A stretch of DNA of 64,000 nt, from contig CM075992.1 in assembly GCA_038087875.1 (NCBI GenBank), forward strand, positions 11,224,001 through 11,288,000, in the 5' to 3' direction. The DNA comes from Malacoraja senta (taxonomy: Eukaryota). Shown piece after piece: positions 7,944 to 17,194 of the stretch (position 1 is the stretch's first letter; each line of letters starts with the position of its first letter). Below the pieces are notes generated by a model. The model saw only the letters and a list, made by a program, of their open reading frames with translations. It was not told the origin of the DNA and made no database searches. The position numbers and the translations under genes were made by a program.

Positions 7944-10907
7944 GTGAGCGTAGAGACAGAGGAGTGTAAAATGAGGGTAGAAGCAATAGGTAGCAAGGTG
8001 AAAAGTAAAAGTGGAAGACAGACAAAACCAGGGCAAAAATCAAAAAGGGCCACTTTTCAACATAATTGTATAAGGGGTAAGAGTGTTGTAAAAACAAGCC
8101 TGAAGGCTTTGTGTCTCAATGCAAGGAGCATTCGTAATAAGGTGGATGAGTTGAATGTGCAGATAGCTATTAATGACTATGATATAGTTGGGATCACGGA
8201 GACATGGCTCCAGGGTGACCAAGGCTGGGAGCTGAACATCCAGGGATATTCAATATTCAGGAGGGATAGAGAGAAAGGAAAAGGAGGTGGGGTAGCGTTG
8301 CTGGTTAGAGAGGAGATTAACGCAATGGAAAGGAAGGACATTAGCTTGGAGGATGTGGAATCGGTATGGGTAGAGCTGCGAAACACTAAGGGGCAGAAAA
8401 CGCTGGTGGGTGTTGTGTACAGGCCACCTAGCAGTAGTAGTGAAGTTGGGGATGGCATCAAACAGGAAATTAGAAATGCGTGCGACAAAGGCAAAACAGT
8501 TATAATGGGTGACTTCAATCTACATATAGATTGGGTGAATCAAATTGGCAGGGGTGCTGAGGAAGAGGATTTCTTGGAATGTATGCGGGATAGTTATCTA
8601 AATCAACATGTAGAGGAACCAACGAGAGAGCAGGCTATTTTAGACTGGGTATTGAGTAATGAGGAAGGGTTAGTTAGCAGTCTTGTTGTACGTGCCCCCT
8701 TGGGCAAGAGTGACCATAATATGGTTGAGTTCTTCATTAGGATGGAGAGTGACATTGTTAATTCAGAAACAATGGTTCTGAACTTAAAGAAAGGTAACTT
8801 TGAGGGTATGAGACATGAATTGGCCATGATTGACTGGCAATTAATTCTAAAAGGGTTGACGGTGGACATGCAATGGAAGACATTTAAAGACTGCATGGAT
8901 GAACTACAAAAATTGTTCATCCCAGTTTGGCAAAAGAATAAATCAGGGAAGGTAGTGCATCCGTGGATAACAAGGGAAATCAGGGATGGTATCAAAGCGA
9001 AAGATGATGCGTACAAATTAGCCAGAAAAAGCAGCATACCAGAGGACTGGGAGAAATTCAGAGACCAGCAGAGGAGGACAAAGGGCTTAATTAGGAAAGG
9101 AAAAATAGATTATGAAAGAAAACTGGCAGGGAACATAAAAACTGACTGCAAAAGTTTTTATAAATATGTAAAAAGAAAGAGATTAGTTAAAACAAATGTA
9201 GGTCCCTTGCAGTCAGAAACAGGTGAGTTGATCATGGGGAACAAGGATATGGCGGACCAATTGAATAACTACTTTGGTTCCGTCTTCACTAAGGAAGACA
9301 TAAATAATCTGCCGGAAATAGCAGAGGACCGCGGGTCAAAGGAGTTGGAGGAATTGAGTGAAATCCAGGTTAGTCGGGAAGTGGTTTTGGGTAAATTGAA
9401 TGGATTAAAGGCCGATAAATCCCCAGGGCCAGATAGGCTGCATCCCAGAGTACTTAAGGAAGTAGCTCCAGAAATAGTGGATGCATTAGTAATAATCTTT
9501 CAAAATTCTTTAGATTCTGGAGTAGTTCCTGAGGATTGGCGGGTAGCAAACGTAACCCCACTTTTTAAGAAGGGAGGGAGAGAGAAAACGGGGAATTACA
9601 GACCAGTTAGTCTAACATCGGTAGTGGGGAAACTGCTAGAGTCAGTTATTAAAGATGGGATAGCAGCACATTTGGAAAGTGGTGAAATCATTGGACAAAG
9701 TCAGCATGGATTTACGAAAGGTAAATCATGTCTGACGAATCTTATAGAATTTTTCGAGGATGTAACTAGTAGCGTGGATAGGGGAGAACCAGTGGATGTG
9801 GTGTATCTGGACTTCCGGAAGGCTTTCGACAAGGTCCCACATAAGAGATTAGTATACAAACTTAAAGCACATGGCATTGGGGGTTCAGTATTGATGTGGA
9901 TAGAGAACTGGCTGGCAAACAGGAAGCAAAGAGTAGGAGTAAACGGGTCCTTTTCACAATGGCAGGCAGTGACTAGTGGGGTACCGCAAGGCTCAGTGCT
10001 GGGACCCCAGCTATTTACAATATATATTAATGACCTGGATGAGGGAATTGAAGGCAATATCTCCAAGTTTGCGGATGACACTAAGCTGGGGGGCAGTGTT
10101 AGCTGTGAGGAGGATGCTAGGAGACTGCAAGGTGACTTGGATAGGCTGGGTGAGTGGGCAAATGTTTGGCAGATGCAGTATAATGTGGATAAATGTGAGG
10201 TTATCCATTTTGGTGGCAAAAACAGGAAAGCAGACTATTTTCTAAATGGTGGCCGACTAGGAAAAGGGGAGATGCAGCGAGACCTGGGTGTCATGGTACA
10301 CCAGTCATTGAAAGTAGGCATGCAGGTGCAGCAGGCAGTGAAGAAAGCGAATGGTATGTTAGCTTTCATAGCAAAAGGATTTGAGTATAGGAGCAGGGAG
10401 GTTCTACTGCAGTTGTACAGGGTCTTGGTGAGACCACACCTGGAGTATTGCGTACAGTTTTGGTCTCCAAATCTGAGGAAGGACATTATTGCCATAGAGG
10501 GAGTGCAGAGAAGGTTCACCAGACTGATTCCTGGGATGTCAGGACTGTCTTATGAAGAAAGACTGGATAGACTTGGTTTATACTCTCTAGAATTTAGGAG
10601 ATTGAGAGGGGATCTTATAGAAACTTACAAAATTCTTAAGGGGTTGGACAGGCTAGATGCAGGAAGATTGCTCCCGATGTTGGGGAAGTCCAGGACAAGG
10701 GGTCACAGCTTAAGGATAAGGGGGAAATCCTTTAAAACCGAGATGAGAAGAACTTTTTTCACACAGAGAGTGGTGAATCTCTGGAACTCTCTGCCACAGA
10801 GGGTAGTCGAGGCCAGTTCATTGGCTATATTTAAGAGGGAGCTAGATGTGGCCCTTGTGGCTAAAGGGATCAGAGGGTATGGAGAGAAGGCAGGTACGGG
10901 ATACTGA
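7944..10907 (+). CDS. CR1 ORF2p: APE endonuclease + reverse transcriptase
   Basis: LNARSI, GITETW, YRPP, MGDFN, SDH (APE); KSPGPD, YRPVSLTS, QHGF, YLDFRKAFD, GVPQGSVLGP, FADD (RT); 987 codons with no stop (first ATG at 7971). Confidence 0.95.
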   Translation: MSVETEECKMRVEAIGSKVKSKSGRQTKPGQKSKRATFQHNCIRGKSVVKTSLKALCLNARSIRNKVDELNVQIAINDYDIVGITETWLQGDQGWELNIQGYSIFRRDREKGKGGGVALLVREEINAMERKDISLEDVESVWVELRNTKGQKTLVGVVYRPPSSSSEVGDGIKQEIRNACDKGKTVIMGDFNLHIDWVNQIGRGAEEEDFLECMRDSYLNQHVEEPTREQAILDWVLSNEEGLVSSLVVRAPLGKSDHNMVEFFIRMESDIVNSETMVLNLKKGNFEGMRHELAMIDWQLILKGLTVDMQWKTFKDCMDELQKLFIPVWQKNKSGKVVHPWITREIRDGIKAKDDAYKLARKSSIPEDWEKFRDQQRRTKGLIRKGKIDYERKLAGNIKTDCKSFYKYVKRKRLVKTNVGPLQSETGELIMGNKDMADQLNNYFGSVFTKEDINNLPEIAEDRGSKELEELSEIQVSREVVLGKLNGLKADKSPGPDRLHPRVLKEVAPEIVDALVIIFQNSLDSGVVPEDWRVANVTPLFKKGGREKTGNYRPVSLTSVVGKLLESVIKDGIAAHLESGEIIGQSQHGFTKGKSCLTNLIEFFEDVTSSVDRGEPVDVVYLDFRKAFDKVPHKRLVYKLKAHGIGGSVLMWIENWLANRKQRVGVNGSFSQWQAVTSGVPQGSVLGPQLFTIYINDLDEGIEGNISKFADDTKLGGSVSCEEDARRLQGDLDRLGEWANVWQMQYNVDKCEVIHFGGKNRKADYFLNGGRLGKGEMQRDLGVMVHQSLKVGMQVQQAVKKANGMLAFIAKGFEYRSREVLLQLYRVLVRPHLEYCVQFWSPNLRKDIIAIEGVQRRFTRLIPGMSGLSYEERLDRLGLYSLEFRRLRGDLIETYKILKGLDRLDAGRLLPMLGKSRTRGHSLRIRGKSFKTEMRRTFFTQRVVNLWNSLPQRVVEASSLAIFKRELDVALVAKGIRGYGEKAGTGY

Positions 10908-11006
10908 GTTGGATGATCAGCCATGATCATATTGAATGGCGGTGCAGGCTCGAAGGGCCGAATGGCCTACTCCTGCACCTAATTTCTATGTTTCTATGTT
11001 TCTATG

Positions 11007-12130
11007 TTAGGATAGGATAACTCCACTCCCTTTTATCACCTTCCATTTTTTTAATCATCCCCATATCTCCCCTACCTGTGTTGTGCTTCCAATTGAATCA
11101 CAATACTTCCTTCAATATGCTCTTTTTGTTTGTCTTATAGTCCTTCTTACAATTGCCTGAGCCTGTTTGTAATTAATCATGTGTTGGTAGTTATGAGTTC
11201 TTTTTAATAATCTGAATGCTCTGTTTCTAGTCACCACCACCTCTTTACACTTATTGTCCCACCACGGCACAGCTTTCCTTTTTGATCTTCCTTTACTTTT
11301 AGGTATGGAAACTAATGCTGCTCTTTTGATACCTTCTGACAATTTATTCTCAAAGCTTTCTATATCAGTCTCTTCTTGTATCGGTTTTAAATATCTATCA
11401 CTTTCCTCCTTAAATTTCTCCCAATTAGCCTTTCCAAAAACCCATCGTCCACTTCTGTTTTCTTTACTCATAATTAAAGTAACATTTATTTTGCATAGCA
11501 CAGGATGATGATCACTTCCTATGGTACCCTTTTCATATACTTCCCAGTCACATTTAGCAGCAATCCGATTAGAAACAAGTGTAAGGTCCAACACACTCCT
11601 TCCCTGTCCTAACATCTACCCTGGTCTTCTTTCCATCATTTAGACATACTTGATTACCATCATTTAATAATTCCTCAATTACCTGCCCATTATTATCTGA
11701 CTTTCCACTGCCCCATAATGTATTATGTGCGTTAAAGGCCCCACACCAAATAACACTAGATTTGCTCTGACCTTCTACTTCCTGTAACTTACTGACCTCT
11801 AATCGCTTACATGGATTATAGTAATTTATTACCACTATTTTCCTCCTCTCAGACCATACTTCTATTACCACATATTTCTGTTCCTGCCCAATTCCTAATA
11901 CCCTGTATGGTATCCCTTTTTTAATGAAAGTGGCGCAACCCCCTCCTCCCCCATTTCCCCTATCACATCTCACTGCAACATAATCATACAGAACAAAATC
12001 TAAACTTGGTTTCAACCAGGTTTCCTGGATACATACGACATCTGGTTTTTCCTTCCTGTCTATGAATTGCTTAAAGTCTTGCCCATTGACTAACAAGCTT
12101 TGTGCATTCCATTGTAGGATTAACATTAAT
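11007..12130 (-). pseudogene. Nimb/I ORF2 5' part: APE endonuclease, frameshifted
   Basis: LILQWNAQSL, CIQETWL, YNP, AFNAH, LDLT, GSDH motifs in ORFs 11569-12147 and 11112-11615. Confidence 0.9.
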
Positions 12131-12134
12131 ATTA

Positions 12135-13322
12135 TTAACCCACACATGTTAACTCTTGGCTCGCCTGGATACTGAGACCATCATGTATTTCCTCCCACTT
12201 CAATCCTGCCATGCCCAAGTGGTGGACTGCAGCCTTTACAATGATTTGGATCCTTTCTGTTTTGGATTTTACTTCTGCTGTCGCATTTATTACTCCTGCT
12301 ATAAATATAACCAGGTTTTTCTTTTCTTTCCATATACTTTTTTCTTTTTCTTTTATTGGCTCCATTATGCCCACATCTTGCTCCCTCCTGATCCTTCTTT
12401 CATTCATCTGCTTTGCAGGGTCAGCCCTCTTTGCTGCCTCTGCATAGGAGACCTTTTCCTTCACTCTTATGTTTTGTACTTCAGCTTCACGTTTCATCAC
12501 CTCACACCCCCAGTAAGCCACACTATGCTCTCCTCCACAATTACAGCACTTTGGTCTGACCCCCTCTCCACACTGACCATATTCATGGTCCCCACTACAC
12601 CTTGCGCATTTCCTCACCCCCTTGCACATTTTAGCTATATGCCCAAATTTCTGACATTTGAAGCACCTCATTGGTTTGGGTACGTACTCTCTTACGCTAT
12701 ATCGCATGAATCCAAAATGGACCACTTTTGGAAGGGATTCTGTCTTGAATTCGACCAGGACTAACTCAGTTTCCTCTTTCTTTGCTCCTTTGGTCATTCT
12801 TTTGGCACTCATAATTAATTCACATCTCTTCCTGAGTTCCTGAACCAGTTCACTCATATTAACTTTGAGAGAGATTCCATAGATAACCCCTTTACACCCT
12901 GCCGTCCTCCGTTCTCCCACTCCCACTACTTTGATTATTTTGGTTTTGTCAATCTTGTTCATTTTCATTGCCTTTTCAACTTGAGCCTCACTGTTGCACC
13001 CTATTAGCATGTTTCCATCCTCCAGCACTCTTGCACACTTTACTTCCCCAACCTGGGCCCTGATTATTTTTGTCAGCTTCAATGGCTCTATCTTCTTTAC
13101 TCCTCCTTCTCCTTCAAACCTCACCACTACATTTAACGAAATTTCCTTTTCTGGTTCCTTGTCTTCACTCTCCGATCCACCAGTATTGTTTTTCCTTCTT
13201 TTACGGTTGTTCTTCCTGGGACTACCCTGTGCTCCCACGGTTTCCCACTCCTTCTCAACACTTTCTTCGTTATCCTCTCTTCCACAGGCCTCCATACCAC
13301 TAGACCCACTCTCTACCATCAT
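12135..13322 (-). CDS. Nimb/I-clade ORF1 gag-like nucleic-acid-binding protein
   Basis: 395 aa intact; three CCHC knuckles CFKCQKFGHIAKMC, CARCSGDHEYGQC, CCNCGGEHSVAYWGC followed by VSYAEA. Confidence 0.9.
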   Translation of the reverse strand: MMVESGSSGMEACGREDNEESVEKEWETVGAQGSPRKNNRKRRKNNTGGSESEDKEPEKEISLNVVVRFEGEGGVKKIEPLKLTKIIRAQVGEVKCARVLEDGNMLIGCNSEAQVEKAMKMNKIDKTKIIKVVGVGERRTAGCKGVIYGISLKVNMSELVQELRKRCELIMSAKRMTKGAKKEETELVLVEFKTESLPKVVHFGFMRYSVREYVPKPMRCFKCQKFGHIAKMCKGVRKCARCSGDHEYGQCGEGVRPKCCNCGGEHSVAYWGCEVMKREAEVQNIRVKEKVSYAEAAKRADPAKQMNERRIRREQDVGIMEPIKEKEKSIWKEKKNLVIFIAGVINATAEVKSKTERIQIIVKAAVHHLGMAGLKWEEIHDGLSIQASQELTCVG

Positions 13323-13550
13323 TTTGTAACAGCAGGGAATAGTGTCAGAGCACTGGACCTATACAGGCCGTCGGCCGATACCCCGCTACAATCCTGCTGC
13401 TAACTCGGTCCCGTTTCACTCTCCCGTCGCTCCCTGTGTTGTTGCCAGGCTCAATCACAGCTCGGAGCTTCTGTCCGCTTCAAAGCTGGAGCCACCTGCA
13501 GAACAATTTGACTTAAATGGTCTGCTTTGTATCAGGACCTTCAGAGAATT

Positions 13551-14037
13551 GAACAAAGAGAAGCAGAAGAAAGCACTGATTGGCTCTAGCCCGAGTGGGA
13601 GGAGAGTTAGAAGTGAGTCGGAGGGGAAAAACAGTTAAAAACTGAGGAATTTAGTTTGTAAATTGGTAAATTAGGCAATTTATCAGTCAATATAAGCAGG
13701 ACGGCTCTTAGGGAGCAGCCTTGTGAATGAAGGGCCTTGTGAGGGAAGTGCCTTGTGAGGGAAGTGCGAGTCTTTGGCTCGAGAGTCTTCGGCGAGGAGG
13801 CTGAGGAGGCTACGCAAAACGCTGGAGAGGGAGAGATGAAAGAAGGAGATGTCAAGCAAACTGATTCAGTGTGATGCTTGCAGTATGTGGGAGGTCATGG
13901 ACACTGCTGGTGCCTCTGGCTGCTACAAATGTGAGAAGTGCATCCAGGTACAGCTCCTGAAGGACCATGTTGGGGAACTGGAGAAGCAAGTGGATGACCT
14001 CAGGTTCGTCCGAGAAACGGAGTCGTTCCTCGACAAG
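13551..14037 (+). mobile_element. CR1 5' UTR plus truncated ORF1 (duplicate of 303-789)
   Basis: Same sequence and same GACAAG|CTTTCTTC junction as 303-789; ATG at 13849. Confidence 0.9.
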
Positions 14038-14298
14038 CTTTCTTCACTGTCTGCTGTACCTGCATGCCAACTTTCAGTGACCAATGTTCAAGGACACCCA
14101 GGTCTCACTGTACCTCCCCCTTATCTAACCGAACCCCCTTGAGATAATAATCTGCCCCCTTGTTTTTGCCACCAGTGGATAACCTCACATTTATCTATAT
14201 TATACTGCATCTGCCACGCATCTGCCCACTCACTCAACCTGTCCAGGTCACCCTGCAACCTCCTAACATCCTGTTCACAGTTCACACTGCCATCCAGC

Positions 14299-14978
14299 CA
14301 AAAACAAGTCAAAATATTTGGATATTAACAATATTCCAGAAGATTCACTTTTTACCTTTTGGGATAATGATGTAGAAGAAATGGCAGAACAATTTGGCTT
14401 AAATGGTCGGCTTTGTATCAGAGCCTTCAGAGAATTCAAGGAATCTAAAGGGAAGGTAGTTTCTGCAGATTTTCAGCAGGTGCTGGCGGCTGTAAATACA
14501 ATCCTGGTATCAACAGCAGAATGTGAAAGAAGCATCAGTGGAATGAATTTCTGCATGTCACCACAACTTGCAAGACTTCAAACTAATCATCTCTCAATTC
14601 CTCTCATTATTAAGTTGTTGGGACTTCATCTCTCAAAATTCAACCCCGAAGAATATGTGAGGACATGGCTTCTAAGTGGCAGAAGGCGTGCTGAAGAAAC
14701 GGGTTGCAGAAAGAGGAAGTGACAGAAAAAAATGGAGATTATATACCATGATGGAACATTTTGTAATGTAAACAGAGTGAGAGAGAGATGCAAGAAAGCA
14801 GCTATGACATATAATACACAATAAACTATATTATAAATACACAATAAACAGGTTATGCATTCTTGTACTCTTACATGGGTATGACCGCACATTAAAAAAA
14901 TTCCTCTCCCTTCCTTCCCAACCTCAGCCTCACGGACCTTAGAGTACCCCTAGTTCCTAAAACCCATTTCCATCGCTG
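14299..14978 (+). mobile_element. hAT transposon 3' end, uninterrupted (C-terminal dimerisation region, 3' UTR, right TIR)
   Basis: ORF 14318-14722 has VSTAECERS(I/F)SGMN; TIR TTTCCATCGCTG 14967-14978 followed by AGCATGTC. Confidence 0.85.
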
Positions 14979-15444
14979 AGCATGTCATATTTCGCTTGCG
15001 CAGCTTACAACACAGTGGTATGATTTTTGATTTTTCTAGCTTCAAGTAACCCTGGCAATCCTTCTCTCTCTATCCTTCCCGCACCAAAATCTGTCACAGA
15101 GATGTTGGGCTGAACGGCCTGTTCTTCCATAGTAATTTCTAAATAATTCACTCTTGCTCCTGCAGACTTTACAGATTGCAATCGAAGTATTTCATGGATT
15201 AATTCTGCTGTATTTTTAACAGGAAGCACAAAGACTGAGAACAAAGGCCTTTTCACATCGAGGAAACAAATGATATTTGGTGAAATGTTTCAGATGCAAA
15301 TTAAGCAACCGATGGAAACTAGAACCGCAAACTAGTAAACAAGGAAGGCTTGATGAATGGGAGCGAGTTGGTGGGGAGAGCGACACAGTTTCCATGGCCA
15401 TTTAGTGTTCAAGTCATGGGGTCAAATAGCACTGAAAAAGGCCT

Positions 15445-16735
15445 GTACCTGTCCATGTGCCTTTTAAATGTTGTTATAGTACCTGCCAAAACTACCTCCT
15501 CTGGCAGTTCATTCACGTATCCACCACCTTCTGGGTGAAAATGTTGCCCCTCAGGGTTTGTGTAAAACCGCTGCCTGACTTACTCCAGCTTTGCGTGTCT
15601 ATCTTTGATTTAAACCAGCATCTACAGTTCCTTCCTACACATATTATAAGATTCCGTCTCAGCCACCTGCACTCCAAGGAATAAAGTCCTAGTCTGCCCA
15701 ACCTTTCCCTATAGCTCAGCCCCTCAAGTCCTGGCAACATCATTGTAAATCTTCTCTGCACTCTTTCCAGATTACCGATATCCTTTTTATAGCAGGGTGA
15801 CCAAAACTGAACACAGTACTCCAAATGTAATAAAAAGTAGTCTGGGATCGCTGCTGGAGGCGTTTATCGAGGCGCGGCTGTCTCGATGCCTCCCGGATCG
15901 CCGCGTAAAAGCCCAGGTCGGGGCCCGGCCAGACCCTCGCGGCTGACGGAGCCAACGGCTGGGGCCTGGGTCTGCGCCACGGAAGCGTGAAGTGGGGCAT
16001 CGACAGCGGTGAGGCCTCGGCGGCGGTGAAGCGGCAGCAGCGGTGAAGCCTCGCGACGATGGGGCCTCAGCGGCAGTGAAGCCTCGCGGCGACCCACGGT
16101 TGATGAGAGCGTGGAGGACCACTGTGAGTGGGCAGGGGAAGAACAATGGAGGACCCGGCGTGGGGGAACCACTGTGGAGGGGGTAGGGGGAGAACAATGG
16201 ACAATTGGGGAGGGTGGGGGAACAAAGAACAATGGGGACCCAGCGTGGGGGGACGACTGTGGAGGGGGGGGAGAGCACAAAAGGAGGAGCCGGCGTGCTT
16301 TGTAACTTTGTCAGTGCTGTAGGTGGCTGCTATTTGTATACATTGGGTACGCAGCAAATAATTTCATTGTGCCTTGTCACATGTGACAATAAAGTATTCC
16401 ATTCCATAAAACCAAAGACTAAAAATGCTCGAGTAACTCAGTGGGTCAGACAGCATCTCTGGAGAAAATGAGACAATATTACAAGTGCAGCCTCACCAAC
16501 GTACAACTATAACATAACTTCTCAACCTTCAGTATCCTGACTGATGAAGGTAAGTGTACCAAAAACCTTCTTGACCATCCTATCTAACTATGATGCCACT
16601 TATAGGGAACTATATTTAGGCAACTATCCAGGATCCCTGTGCTCTACAACACTCCCCAGGGCCCTACCAATCACTGTGGTTCTGCCCTACATTGACTTCT
16701 CAAAGTGCAACAACTCACACCAATCTGCATTAATC
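15445..16735 (-). mobile_element. Old CR1-type ORF2 3' fragments, split by nested PLE-end fragments and a GC-rich retroposon
   Basis: [26 protein letters not shown]...LSYRERL (15513-15824) and NADWCELLHF (near 16690-16735); recurs near 29713-31005, 43982-45212, 58150-59560. Confidence 0.75.
15841..16405 (+). mobile_element. GC-rich non-coding retroposon (SINE-like or LINE 3' UTR) with CATGTGACAATAAA + (ATTCC)n tail
   Basis: CpG-rich body, internal GAACAATGG/GACCACTGTG repeats, AATAAA and short tandem tail; copies ~30109-30675, ~44318-44882, and a 5'-longer copy ~58680-59243. Confidence 0.6.
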
Positions 16736-16744
16736 TCCAAAGAT

Positions 16745-17190
16745 AGACACAAAGGCTGGAGTAACATATCTCCAGCATCTCTGGAGAGAAGGAATGGGTG
16801 ACGTTTCGGGTCGAGACCCTTCTTCAGATTAGTTCGGGATAAGAGAAACAAGAGATATAGATGATGATACGCTAGGCGCAGTAGAGTGTTAGTAGAGGGA
16901 AATTGGATGCTTCTGCGGTCGAGGAAGAAACAGGGCTTTAAGGCCTTCCTGGTGGTGGATGGATGAGTAGAGTGAATGAACGCCCATAGTAAAGATGAGG
17001 CAGTCGGGGCTCGGAAAGCGGAAGTCATTAAAGAGACGAAGGGCATGTGAGGTATCTTGCTCATAGGTCGGGAGAGATTGGACCAAGGGGATAGGATGGA
17101 GTCGAGGTACGTGTTAATCATTTCAGTGGGACAGGTGCAGGCTGAAACAATGGGTCTGCCAGAGCAGTTGTACTCCCACTCCCTCATCAT
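16745..17190 (-). mobile_element. Internally deleted antisense Neptune/PLE fragment with hammerhead-like motif
   Basis: SGRPIVSACTCPTE, LPTYEQDT, HQEGLKAL on minus strand joined to the PLE terminal segment; reverse complement of 16799-16827 is CTGAAGAAGGGTCTCGACCCGAAACGTCA. Motif copies at 31069-31097, 45276-45304, 59629-59657. Confidence 0.8.
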
Positions 17191-17194
17191 ATAG

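Larger units (their letters stand above)
6474..11006 (+). mobile_element. Intact two-ORF CR1 (HER1-like) LINE inserted in Nimb ORF2
   Basis: 5' UTR with tandem monomers, ORF1, ORF2, 3' stem-loop GGCCGAATGGCC and (TTTCTATG)3 tail. Removing it restores the Nimb frame ...YPILTNGDQTVV. Confidence 0.95.
3755..13496 (-). mobile_element. Full-length Nimb/I-clade LINE (ORF1 gag-like, ORF2 APE-RT-RNase H), split by a CR1 insertion
   Basis: (GAA)n 3' tail seen as TTC repeats 3758-3775; 11-bp TSD TGCAGAACAAT at 1125-1135 and 13497-13507; ORF pieces collinear on the minus strand. Confidence 0.9.

Noticed and set aside
15787..16471. Multiple Pro/Arg/Gly-rich ORFs on both strands
   Set aside because: Expected by-product of GC-rich repeat; frames shift between units with G-run length.
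16537..16572. CTGATGA motif as hammerhead core or snoRNA box
   Set aside because: No stem II/GAAA partner; it lies within an antisense CR1-type RT fragment.
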